This document shows positions 1 to 11,400 of a stretch of DNA of 64,000 nt, in pieces. The stretch covers positions 186,001 through 250,000 of the forward strand of contig QPGO01000050.1 in NCBI GenBank assembly GCA_008632985.1, written 5' to 3'. The notes under the pieces were generated by a model. The model saw only the letters and a list, made by a program, of their open reading frames with translations. It had not been told where the DNA came from and did not search any database. Made by a program: the position numbers and the translations under genes. Positions within the stretch are counted from its first letter, which is position 1. Each line of letters opens with the position of its first letter. This stretch comes from Psammoneis japonica. Taxonomy: Eukaryota.

Positions 1-23
1 ATGGTTGTAAGAATGGGATTCAT

Positions 24-548
24 ATGAGCATTGATCCATGGAATTCATGCTCACTGGGAAACTCGACTCACTGCTTCACACCTCATCCATTCGAGGTTCA
101 AGGACTTGATTTCTCGGGGTCGGATACATCGATGTTGTCGGCATCAGTTGTATCAGCTGTTGTGCTTTACAACTTGGCCCTTGTTGAACATATGAGATGG
201 CTAGAGGGTCCACGCAACGTTCAGTCGATGATTGAAACTGTTTTGCAGCTCTACGCACTTTCATTCGGTCTAACGCAGCGAGCCGATCTGGAAGGGCATG
301 TCGTACATTTGAACCTTGCCATACAAAACAACCTCGGACAGCTTTTCTATGAACTGGGTCAATACAGCGTGGCAAGGATATACCTGGACGGGCTTGCTTA
401 CAGAATGGCGTTTCTCTCCGCCAGAGGATGCCTCGGTCGCTCGAATAACAGTACTTTCAAAATGGTGATTCACGGATCTGATCCTTTCGAGGGGTTTCTC
501 TCAAATATTATGCTCCTCCACCCTCCTACCGCAGCCCCATCAGCATAG
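24..548 (+). CDS. Uncharacterised helical-repeat (TPR-like) protein, probably 5'-partial
   Basis: 174-aa ORF with normal composition, helical motifs LYNLALVEH and AIQNNLGQL; the frame is also open back to the window start. Confidence 0.6.
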   Translation: MSIDPWNSCSLGNSTHCFTPHPFEVQGLDFSGSDTSMLSASVVSAVVLYNLALVEHMRWLEGPRNVQSMIETVLQLYALSFGLTQRADLEGHVVHLNLAIQNNLGQLFYELGQYSVARIYLDGLAYRMAFLSARGCLGRSNNSTFKMVIHGSDPFEGFLSNIMLLHPPTAAPSA

Positions 549-607
549 CGTCCATGATCCAGGTCACAACTAAAAAGAGGGGACAAAGGCGACATTGTGA
601 AACCAAG

Positions 608-817
608 GGTAATTGGTACATAATAATCTCTAATCATTTTTTTTTAATGAACTGTACAGGATTCCCACCACCGCCACTAAGCGCTTGTTCGGGGAATGAG
701 ATCAAGCACGTCGGTAATTGGTATATGGTATTCTCTAATCATTGTTTAAAAAAATGAACTGTACAGTATTCACACCACCGCCATTAAGCGCTTGATCGGG
801 GAATGAGATCAAGCACG
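608..817. repeat. Tandem duplication, ~105-bp period, covering the MCM 3' end and 3' flank
   Basis: ggtaattgg...atgaactgtacag...cggggaatgagatcaagcacg occurs at 608-710 and again at 713-817. Confidence 0.9.
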
Positions 818-3171
818 AGCTTTGCCGCGTCTGTAATGCGGGTTCCTGGTCCAAAAACAGCACTGCAGCTTTGAGTCTCCTTCAAGAGGAAGTCGTAGTC
901 TTGCGGCGGGATAACTCCTCCCGCAACAACGACAATATGGCTTGCACCCCGCTCTTCGAGCTCTTGTTTAAGTTTTGGCAAGAGCGTTTTGTGCCCGGCA
1001 GCCTGAGAAGAGATTCCAATGACATGCACATCTGAATCAAGGGCTTGGAGAGCCACTTCTTGTGGAGTCTGGAACAGTGGACCAACATCGACATCAAACC
1101 CTAAATCGGAAAAACCGCTGGCGATAACCTTGGCACCACGATCATGTCCATCTTGACCCATCTTGGCGACGAGGATACGGGGCCTTCTCCCTTCCACCTC
1201 TTGGAAATCCTTGACCCTATTCAGGATTGACTCGTATTCATCAAACAGCTTATCGTCGTCACCACTACCGCTGGAAAAGGAAGCGCTGTACGCCCCTTGG
1301 ACCACCGCTGTTGTCGGAACGTGGCGTCCCCATGCATTCTCCAATGCCATGGAGATCTCACCAAGCGTGCACCTGGCTTGAGCTGCATCAATGCTAAGCT
1401 TCATCAGGTTGTCTGGATCGTCGCCCTTGCTAGTACTACGGTCCATTCGAGCACTGGCTTCCAGCTTGGCGAGAGCTTGTTGCGCAGCGCTTTCATCTCG
1501 GCCATTGCGCAGGTCCTGCAAACTCTTGATTTGCATCTCCCGAACTTCCGTATTGTCAATGTTCAAAACATCAATCATCTCCTCCTTCGCTTCTTCCTCA
1601 CTGAGTTGATACTTGTTGACCCCGACAATGACTTCTTGTTTTGAATCGATTCGTCCTTGCTTGCGGGTGGCGCTCTCTTCAATGCGCAATTTCGCAAGTC
1701 CACTATTAATGTACTTGGTCATACCACCCGCCTCTTCGACTTCAGCCAGAATATCCATGGCCTTTTCTGCCATTTCGTCCGTCAAGCTCTCCATCATGTA
1801 GCTGCCTCCCCATGGATCGGCCACGTCGCAAACACCGGTTTCATCCTGGAGAATGAGCTGAGTGTTGCGCGCCACTCGAGCCGTCTGCACGGTTGGCAAT
1901 CCCACGGCTTCGTCGTATGAATTGGTGTGCAAGGACTGCGTTCCACCCTGAACGGCGGCAAGAGCGCTAATGGTGGTGCGGACAATGTTGTTCATGGGCT
2001 GTGCTTCTGTAAGAGAATAGCCAGACGTCTGACAGTGTGTCCGCAAGAGGAGTGACTTTGGATTCTTGGGATTGAATTTCTCCTTGACGAGGGTCGCCCA
2101 CAAACGCCTTGCGGCACGCATCTTGGCAATTTCCGAGTAATAGTTCATACCGACACCCCAGAAGAAGGAGAGCCGAGGTGCAACGTCATCCACATCTAGC
2201 CCAGCCACATCGACGGCGGTTCGAATATACTCGAGTCCATCGGCAATGGTAAATGCCATTTCCAGCGCTGCATCAGCACCGGCTTCTTGCATGTGGTATC
2301 CACTGATGGAGATGCTGTTGAACTTGGGCATGTGGGCGGCGGTGAAACCCATAATGTCGGCAATCACACGGTTGATGCTCGCTTCTGGTGGATAAATATA
2401 CGTGTTTCGCACCATGAATTCCTTGAGGATGTCATTCTGAATGGTTCCGCGGAGATTGGCCATGACCTCAGAAGGATCCTTGTCTGGATTTTGTTCGAGC
2501 GCGGTTTGCACATACATGGCCATGACTGGTAGGACTGCTCCATTCATTGTCATACTAACACTAACTTTGGTGAGATCAATTTCATCAAAGAGTACGTTCA
2601 TATCCTTGATGCTATCGATTGGAACTCCAGCCATTCCCACGTCTCCAACCACTCGTTCGTGATCGGAATCATATCCACGATGCGTCGGCAAGTCGAATGC
2701 CACACTTAGACCTTGCTGACCTGCTGCTAAGTTTGCCTTGTAGAACTCATTCGACTCCTTGGCGGTGGAAAATCCCGCATACTGCCTCACAGTCCATGGC
2801 CTGTTTGTATACATGGAGGCATACGGTCCGCGAGTAAAGGGAAAAACGCCAGGGAGTTCGGGATTCTCTCCCTCCAAATCAAAATATACCGGTTGAATGG
2901 CAATGCCCTCGGGAGATACGCGTTCGGTACGAAGAGAGTCGACCGTCACAGAGGCGCGAGACAACTCCTTGTTTGCCAGTCGTTCCCATTCGACGAGCGA
3001 TGGTGGTTTCTGGTACGACGAAGGAGGTGCTTCAGAAGAGGACGATGAAAACCGTCGAAAGGTAGTGCTGGCTGCCGCATACGGCATGCCTCTGTTGAGA
3101 TGAGCATAAAGCCGACGCGTAGCGGCCACTAAAGATTGCTTGTGAGCAATTAGACGAGCTTGAGGCGTCAT
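784..3171 (-). CDS. MMUT: Methylmalonyl-CoA mutase (adenosylcobalamin-dependent), mitochondrial
   Basis: Intronless 795-aa ORF with [32 protein letters not shown] and the B12-binding DxHxxG motif (GQDGHDRG); Arg/Ser-rich N-terminal presequence. Confidence 0.97.
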   Translation of the reverse strand: MTPQARLIAHKQSLVAATRRLYAHLNRGMPYAAASTTFRRFSSSSSEAPPSSYQKPPSLVEWERLANKELSRASVTVDSLRTERVSPEGIAIQPVYFDLEGENPELPGVFPFTRGPYASMYTNRPWTVRQYAGFSTAKESNEFYKANLAAGQQGLSVAFDLPTHRGYDSDHERVVGDVGMAGVPIDSIKDMNVLFDEIDLTKVSVSMTMNGAVLPVMAMYVQTALEQNPDKDPSEVMANLRGTIQNDILKEFMVRNTYIYPPEASINRVIADIMGFTAAHMPKFNSISISGYHMQEAGADAALEMAFTIADGLEYIRTAVDVAGLDVDDVAPRLSFFWGVGMNYYSEIAKMRAARRLWATLVKEKFNPKNPKSLLLRTHCQTSGYSLTEAQPMNNIVRTTISALAAVQGGTQSLHTNSYDEAVGLPTVQTARVARNTQLILQDETGVCDVADPWGGSYMMESLTDEMAEKAMDILAEVEEAGGMTKYINSGLAKLRIEESATRKQGRIDSKQEVIVGVNKYQLSEEEAKEEMIDVLNIDNTEVREMQIKSLQDLRNGRDESAAQQALAKLEASARMDRSTSKGDDPDNLMKLSIDAAQARCTLGEISMALENAWGRHVPTTAVVQGAYSASFSSGSGDDDKLFDEYESILNRVKDFQEVEGRRPRILVAKMGQDGHDRGAKVIASGFSDLGFDVDVGPLFQTPQEVALQALDSDVHVIGISSQAAGHKTLLPKLKQELEERGASHIVVVAGGVIPPQDYDFLLKETQSCSAVFGPGTRITDAAKLVLDLIPRSSA

Positions 3172-3454
3172 GGTGAAAGCAAAAACGATTGCAAGATTCT
3201 TTTTCTTTGTTTTGTGCCGAGTGGCTGCAATGCTGCAAGCTCGTCGCCATTTTTGGGGTTCTCATTTTCTCTTCGGAGAATCTTTCTCATGCGCGAGCTA
3301 TTTTTACGAGTTCCAAAACTCGGGAGGCGGCAAGACTGAAATCGCCACAAAAAGGGCGGGCGGGCGGTGGGCGGCGTTACGGCGTTGGGCTTGTTTGATG
3401 TTGTTATTCTTCATGCTTCAGATAGTTCTCCGTACGAGTAGAGGAACAAGAACC
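3172..3454. promoter_or_regulatory. Putative bidirectional promoter between MCM and the ankyrin gene
   Basis: 283-bp head-to-head spacer containing GGGCGG repeats at ~3353-3375; function is inferred from the arrangement only. Confidence 0.45.
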
Positions 3455-4309
3455 ATGGAGGAGTTGATGCAAGCCATTGTGGGAGAACCGCGTGATGTTG
3501 TAGAAAACCTTATTGAATCTGGAGCCGACGTGAATGGGTTGTGGGAAGGGAGTAGTCCGCTTCTTCACGCGGTAGTTTTACAACGGCAAGAAATTGTGCG
3601 TCTCTTGGTTGCTCGAGGAGCTAATCTGGAAGCCATTGAGGGTGACGGCACCGTCCTACACTTTGCCTCTCATACGGGCCTCGAATCCATGGTGCAATTA
3701 CTCCTGTCACTCGGTGCCGCCATTGATGCTAAAGACAGAGAGTCGTTTCTGCCCCTGCATCGGGCCTGCATGGTACCTGATCGGAAAAACAACGTGGTCA
3801 CGCTGTTGATTGAGAACGGAGCCGACGCGAATGCTCGTGGTATTCATGAATGGACGCCTCTGCATCTTGCTGCTCTCAAAAACAGCGATCATGCAGCAAA
3901 TCTGCTGTTACAGAACCAGGCAGACGTGGATAGTAGGGACGACGATGGTTTGACACCTCTGCACGTTGCCGCCCATACAGGGAACAAAAGTGTTGCAAGG
4001 CTTCTTTTGCAGAATGGGGCCGATTTCAAGGCGGAAAGCATTGATGGAATTTCACCGATATTTGTAGCCATGAAGAAAAGGCGCGATTCGGTCGCTTTGC
4101 TATTACTAGAACATGGAGGTCGACACTTAATGAAAGAGAACACTGTTCACCCTTGTCTTTGGGCGCATTTGCTTGCCAAGATTAACGAAAATTCGAATTC
4201 ATCGAGCGCCTTTTTCTCTTTGATTCGCGAAAAGCCGGATTTATTTGGTTACGTGACGAATGCCGGTAGGAAAAGGAAGAAGCCCGATTGGTTTATCCCG
4301 AGTATGTGA
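3455..4309 (+). CDS. Ankyrin-repeat protein
   Basis: About 6-7 ankyrin repeats (SPLLHA, TVLHFA, LPLHRA, TPLHLA, TPLHVA, SPIFVA) and a basic C-terminal RKRKKP. Start placed at ACCATGG (3455), in frame with the ORF-track call. Confidence 0.9.
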   Translation: MEELMQAIVGEPRDVVENLIESGADVNGLWEGSSPLLHAVVLQRQEIVRLLVARGANLEAIEGDGTVLHFASHTGLESMVQLLLSLGAAIDAKDRESFLPLHRACMVPDRKNNVVTLLIENGADANARGIHEWTPLHLAALKNSDHAANLLLQNQADVDSRDDDGLTPLHVAAHTGNKSVARLLLQNGADFKAESIDGISPIFVAMKKRRDSVALLLLEHGGRHLMKENTVHPCLWAHLLAKINENSNSSSAFFSLIREKPDLFGYVTNAGRKRKKPDWFIPSM

Positions 4310-5015
4310 TAGAAGAACGCCGAGGACTGACACGCATGAATGTGTACATATTATATCTATGGTATTGGTATTCCTGGATAGAGTTCTCGACAAGTGATGG
4401 GTGCTATACCGGGAGCGAGGTACTACAACTTCTCTAAGAGCGAGTGCTCGAATTGAATTAATCCTAAAATTGCACAACTCACTAGAGAGAGAGAGCTGCT
4501 AACTACGGTAGACATAGTCGCGCCTGGGGACCTGGGAGTCGGATCAATGGCGCGCACGAATCTTGACATTCAAGTAGCGCTTTCTTTCGACTGCAGGTTG
4601 TTATTGTTGATCGTCGATGTGGTACGGGCGGCGGCAAGGGTGGCTAATGGCTGTTGCCTCGTTCTCCACATTCGCCTCTTCACGAATTGGCTACATTCGA
4701 GAACAGAAAGCCTGATGGCGACGTGACATAACTGCTCCAACAATCATTTAGAGCAGCAACATAAAACAAAAATGATCAGCATCATGCCAATGTTGGTGTC
4801 CAGCAGCCTATCCTCCACTTTTTGTTGCTGTCCAGGTCTGGGGTTTAGCAGGTGTCGACAAAATTTGTTCTGAAGTGGCGTCCCAAGAAACCATTTCGTA
4901 TTGTGTGATGTAGTTATGTAGGTATTATAAACGTAACTTTATGATGACGAGGGGTGTAAATGAGTCTTTCTAGGTCACCCGTTTCGAGTATTGGGGCATG
5001 CAGTTTCGAGAACCA

Positions 5016-5796
5016 TCATCCCCATGTGTAGCCTTCATCCTTCTGAGAGAATGAAATGTTTTCAGCTCCTAAATGACCTCCATCTCCCACGTGCCGACAG
5101 GTAGTGACACCATTCGCATGGACCACGAGATAAGTAATTGAGCAGTTGCAAATGACAAATCGGACCCACGACTCTACAGGAATCGAAAGGGCATGGCAAA
5201 CAAAATACCGAATAACATTGGCATGTCCGACAACAAGTTCAAATTCGTGTTCAATGTCATCTCCCTTTTTGTTTGGCGATGCACGATAGAATAATTTAGA
5301 AAAAGCCTTATCGGTCAAAAAATGACCACCGGTTTGACCAAGCAATCTAGCAAAACAGCAAAATTGAATGATCAGAAAAGGATTAGATCGTACGCAACAA
5401 ACATCTGAAACATACTGCGATTGTGGCTCACATTGATGGGGGGACCTCGTTCAGTCTCATATCTGGCTTATTCCTTGGAATACCAGGTAAATGAGAAGCA
5501 ATAATGTCTGCAGTTTCTTTCGCTCGGGTCAGGTTCGACACGTGTATGGCTTTGAATTTGGCTTGTCCGTCGAGGTTTTTCACAATTTCTGCGATTCGTT
5601 TTCCCGTCAGATCGGCTTGCTTTCTCCCCAAAGGCGTCAACACCTTTTTTGCATCGTCTGTAATTTCTTTATCGTCGCGGTATTGACCGTGTCGAACAAG
5701 TATAATGTGTCTGATTTTCGTTGGCTCTTTCCGCTTGAGTCCGTTCTTCTTGTTGGACGAGTGAAGGTCGAGTCGTTTTTGACTAAACGAGAACAT
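5016..5796 (-). pseudogene. PGAM5-like histidine phosphatase, frameshifted as assembled
   Basis: Motifs IILVRHGQY, LTPLGRKQA, LTRAKETA, LNE and VGHANVIRYF. Likely intron ~5348-5414; the frame breaks next to a C6 run (minus strand) at ~5438-5446; a 5' exon may be missing. Confidence 0.65.
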
Positions 5797-7302
5797 TGTT
5801 GAATCAAAATAGAAGCGCTTTAGAGTAGTGGTCTAGCCACACATAAAAAGAGACGGAAGCTTTGGAAGCAGTCAAGGTCGGAATGAATGGTACTGTACTT
5901 GTCGCCAATGCCGATTCTGCCGGTGTTGGTCGTGTCCATTTTGCGTGACTTCACAACATCATCGCAAGACGATGGCATTGGCGATAAGGGACGGGCGACG
6001 AGCGGACTGTCATTTGTGAAGTTCAACTTGTCCACGTCACACCGCCGGTGCTGTATGATCTGATGCATCGGACCTTCACGCACGCTCTCCTCCTTACACT
6101 TCGTGAGGGTTGCTGCCCAGCCACAGGAGGCGTTGGGTGGATGTTGAGTGACTGGAGTGTGTGAGCACCAGATTTGATGTTTCTTGGCTGTGGTCTGCTG
6201 GAGGCAAAGAAGCTGCGCTTTTGTCTGTGCAGCTGGGTGGCACACAGGTTGTTGGTGGTGGTGTGTTCAAGGCATTTTTTTGCAGTTGTGTGCTGGCATG
6301 TTTGCAACATCTGTTGTGGGTCATCTGGGGCTCATCTGATGGCCCCAAAATCAACAGAGAGCTGCTTTGTCTTCACAGAAGGTGGGGTGGGGGGCACACA
6401 TCATGGCAGCTGACGTGAGCTCCAGCTTGGGGTGGCAGTGGAAACTTGCAGCTGCTGGCTGTGCATGGGGGCTGTGACACTTTGCACTCACATCAAGTTC
6501 CTTTTAGCCCCAAATTCATGCACATTTCTCTGCACAACTTTGGGACATTGTGTGCATCAGTTTGTGGCAAAGTTGTTGTGCCATCCACCCAACAACTTTC
6601 TCTTCATTTTTTTTCCTGCAGCTTCTGCGCACACTGGTGCACATTTGTGGAGAGTGCAAAACCATGCACACGCAGCAGATTTTCCACAATTTTGAGCACA
6701 CAGCAAAGAGGTGTGATGGCACCACAAAATGACCACTTGTTTTGTTGTCAAATGCAAACATGTTTGTTGCCCCACAAGTGAGCTGTGGGCACAGCTTGCA
6801 CACAGAATTGTGTCTGGAAACTTGTGGGGGTCCTGGAGATGCCTCAAGAGCTCCTCAGGGGCTGCACATCAAGGTCTGGCTGTGGATTGCAGCAGGCATC
6901 ACTTGGGAGCACTCAAGCTGGGCTTGTGTCAAGTTGGCTCAGTGCTGCCAGGGATGGCAGTGCAGAGAGCAGCACATCAAAACTCACACAGCCATTTCTC
7001 AGGCCCAAGTGATGCACTGCAGCTGGAGCTTTGAGTGCTTCAAACATGTGCTCAGGTTGAAGAAGCACATTGTGCTTGAAAAGCTTTCAAGGAACATGGC
7101 TTTTTTTGTCAACAAGCAACCCAAAAGGTGCTGCACACCTTTTGAAAATCATTGAGGAAAGAGGAAATAAAGTTTGGTTCAGTCAAAAAGTGCAAATCAC
7201 AGCAAGCGCCAGTGTGCAGAATGACTTTGACACATGCACTGTTGAGTTCAAGGACTTCATCAAGCAGCCCAAGCCATGCAATGTTCAACAGCTGCATGTG
7301 GC

Positions 7303-8400
7303 TGCAGTCAAAGCTGGAAAGTGCAAGTGTGCTGTCATTCATGATCAAGCAGAGAACAAATGCTGTCCTCCAGCTCAGCACAAAAACATGCCACCAGAAC
7401 TTTGCAAAAAGCTTTGCTCCTCACTCCATGGCACATGTGGGGACATGGGCAAGGACAAGTCATCTAAGTCTGGCAAGCCCAATGATGCATGAAGGATTTG
7501 CACAAGCTGGCCAAGATGATGGCTGCAGCTTTCGCTGCCAAGGTTGACAGACAGGCAGGTGCAATGTGAGCAGCAAACCCAATGAGGAAGAACCCACAAA
7601 GCCACCAGCAACAAAGCAGCACAGTTGCAGCACATTTGCTCTGATTCTCAGCACATTTCAAAGCACAAGAAAAAGGGACAATGCTCATCCTTGGGCTCCA
7701 ACAGGACATTTCATCTCAGCTCACTCCAAACAAGTTGTCTCAGCCAGACAATGATGTGTCTGAGGCAGCACAGATTGAGTTGCAAACTGAGATGGATGGC
7801 CATGCTGACACAAGTGTGCTGGGAAAGCATTCCATGATTGTGCTTGATCATTGGCATGCAGTCAAAGCTGAAAAGTGCAAGTGTGCAGTCATTCACAATG
7901 ACCAAGTGGAGGACAAATGCTGTCCTCCAGCTCAGCACAAAAACATGCCACCAGAATTTTGCAAAAAGCTTTGCTCCTCACTCCATGGCACATGTGGGGA
8001 CATGGGCAAGGACAAGTCATCTGAGTCTGGCAAGCCCAATGATGCATCAAGGATTTGCACAAGCTGGCCAACATGATGGCTCTGCAGCTTTTGCTGCCAA
8101 GGTTGACAGACAGGCAGATGCAATCTGAGCAGCAAACCCAATGTGGAAGAACCCACAAAGCCACCAGCAACAAAGCAGCACAGTCACAGCAACTTTGCTC
8201 TGATTTTTGGCACTTTTCAAAGCACAAGAAAAAGGAACAATGCTCATCCTTGGGCTCCAACAGGACATTTCATCTCACTTTGCTCCAAATGTGTTGTCTC
8301 AGACAATGTGTCTGAGGCAGCACACAGATTGAGCTGCAAACTGAGATGGATGGCTGTGCTGACACAAGTGTGCTGTGAAAGCATTCCATGGTTGTGCTTT
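7303..8400. repeat. Direct tandem repeat, 2 copies, ~554-bp period
   Basis: tgcagtcaaagctg...tgtcctccagctcagcacaaaaacatgccaccagaa starts at 7303 and 7857. Confidence 0.92.
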
Positions 8401-11400
8401 GTCATGAGCATCCTGCAGATGCAGTGGGGTGTTGTTCTGGCTGTTTGTTGTTTGCCACAGCTCCTCCAAACTAGAGCAACAAGATGCCAGCCTTTCTGAT
8501 GAGAGATGAGATGCTTGAGGTCATGACACCTTGAAACATGCATTTTCTCCCTGCAGCAAACAAGTCAAGAATGGGAGTCTGGCAAATGTGTGGTGTCAAC
8601 ACTTTTGTCATGTGAATTGTCCAAGGGACTTGGGGGTGATTCTGTGTTCCGTGTGCCATGGGAAATGCACAACATTCTGTGGTCGAAACACATGGCCAAC
8701 ATTTGCATCCAGAGCACCACCTTGGTTCATTTTGGTGCATGAGACTGAAGGTTTTTCTCTGGCAACAGATGCATGTTAACAAAGGGCATCAACAGGAGAC
8801 AGTTCAGCATTTTGCTTTTGCAGACTTGTTCTCTAGAATGAAAGAAAATTGTGGAGCCACTGTTGCAAGCAACACATTCTGGTGCACCATGTTTTTCATC
8901 GCAGCTTTGGAATCATGCGGCACGTGGCAACATCATGCATCTTTCTCACGCTCCTTTTTTTGACACTTCACATTGTGGGAACAACTCTTGTGGCTCTCAT
9001 TTTGTTCATCAAACTTGCCCTCTGGCAAGTGCATGAACACAAAGGAACAATCCACATCCAGCAGACTGGACAATTCTTTGCAAAACTCAGGCAGACATCC
9101 TGGCCATGCTGCCTCAACCAAATGGTGGGCTCAGACAGGACGGCCAAGGTCAACACTGACAGCCATGAATTGACACAATTGAGTCACAAGCCAAGTGCAT
9201 GTTCCAAAATGCACAAAAATCCAGACCACCCTCAACCAGCAATGTGTCACACAACTCCTCCAGATTGCAGCAGAGAAGCCATCAATTCCTTGCCCTGGCA
9301 ATGTGCAAACACACCTTGGTGGTGTGATGCCAACACCTGGAACATGCTGAGCATGCAGCGGTGACATTGGACAGCTTTTCAAAAATTTGTGGTTTTAGTT
9401 CAGAAGGACATGTCCATCATGCTGGCAGGCAGCCACACTTTGTTGTTTTGGTCAGAATGCACTTGACAACCAGGCCCAGCAGCGCAGCATGCTGCGCTGC
9501 AGGGGTGGAATTGCAGTCATGTTGTCAAATTTCACAGGAACTCCTCCCAGCTGTGCAATGATGAGATGACAGTGAATGTCTTCATGCCCAATGCATTGAG
9601 GGGTGCCAGTTTCCAAGTCTGCCATGGCAATGTCATCCAAGGTGCTGTGACACTGAGAGACTCTCTCCCTCATTGATTGTTTTTGACAAAATCAGCAAAA
9701 CTGTTAAAACAAGCAAGATGGGTGTGCTCTTGCTGAACATGTGTCATTCCAGTGTTGATTCCAGCAACTGGCTGCAAACCATTCTTGAGCACCTTGACTG
9801 TGCTTGCAATGATTCCAGAGGAAAGAGATTGCCAACTGCCCTGTTGTTGGAAACAACCAAATTGCCGGCAGAAAAAGTTCTGAAAATGCAACAGGGTGCA
9901 TGTCCACAAACCAAATGTTTGTCTCCTTGAATTGCAGGTGTCAAAAGTGAGCATTGCACATTGTCTTGCATGTGCCTTGTGGCCAAGACAAGCCAAGTGA
10001 CAAACAAAGGGTGGTCCCTCCATGTTGTCAATGTCAGTCAAGACTCAGCCATGTTGGTGAAAGACAAGTGAGTGGTTGCTCACAATGTTTGTGGTTCACT
10101 CCCATTCCACCTTGTTTTGATGCCAAATCACACCAGCCAGGACAACTTTTTTGTTCTTGTCAGCAAGAGCCAGGTTTTCTGCTGTTGGTTGGTTGTGCTC
10201 AATCTTGAATGGATTGAGGTCTGATGCCCACTTGTGAAACAATCCATCCTTGCACTTGTCCTTGAATCTGCTGGTGTGGTGTTCACATCAACACCAGCGA
10301 ATCACATTGTCAACAGAGGAAAAATCTTTTTCAATCCCGCACATCGTGCAAGTGCAAAATGTGCAGATGAGTTCACAAACAAGGGCTCAATGTCATCAAA
10401 CCCATGAAAACCAGTCCCATGCAATGACATGACCAGGGCATGTTCCCAAGTGTCTTGTGGAGCTGACTCGAGCTCATTCTTGTCAATCCAACACAGCTCC
10501 AGGTGCACTTCTTTGTTTGATTGGAGTGCGATGTCTAGCCAAAATCAGAGCCAGCAAAACTGAAACCATTGGTGCGTCAAGTTGGAGACACAAAGGCTGC
10601 AGACAATGGCTTGAGTCAAAAAATTTTGGTTGCTGCAGAAAGAGCAGAACATTGCCATGCTGGTGCCAAATTTTCTCATTCATGGTGTCATTGCCAGTGA
10701 TGCAAAATCAATCTGATGCTTTCTCTTTCATTTGCCTCTGCTGGGGGGGTGCCTTGGGATCACATGTTGCACCCCAGTGAAAACACAGTTGCATCACCTG
10801 AAACACACACTTCTTGATGATCTTGGCCAACTCCCATGTGGCCATGGCCTTGATCTCATTCAGCAGTCATGCATTGATTTCCATTGGATGTGTGAGCAGC
10901 TTTCTTCCACAAAAGCTTGTGTGGATGTTGGCAATGTCGACACACAATGGAGTCAAGAGGTGCCAAACTTCCAATCCTAAAAGGCTGTGAGGCACCAAAC
11001 TTCCCATCCCAAAAGGCCATCTACAATGTGTGACACCCAAATGTCACTGCAATTGTGAAACATCAAAAGACTGGTTGTCTCCATGAGCCACAAGTTGCCA
11101 TCAATGATCAATCCTCCTGGTCTGCCGCACTTAAAAGTTGACACTTGCAGCTTGTCTGACTTCAAAATGTTGGTCCAAGCAATGGCTGACTTCCAGTGCT
11201 GCCAGTCAGCAAGACCTCAATTGTTTTGAAATTCAAATTTCTTCCTGCACCAGGTTGTCATTCCTTTGGATTTGTGTTTGCCCAAGAGATGAGACAAAGT
11301 GTGGCATCCAGCATTGATCATTGTCTGCAAAAACCATGCAGTCCAGTGGCTCTCTTTTTTTTTGAGTTTGTTGATGTGCACAAATCGCAAAAAGGAGTGC

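Noticed and set aside
3170..3454. 95-aa N-terminal extension of the ankyrin ORF
   Set aside because: Overlaps the MCM start codon and the probable shared promoter; ATG 3455 has better context and directly precedes the repeats.
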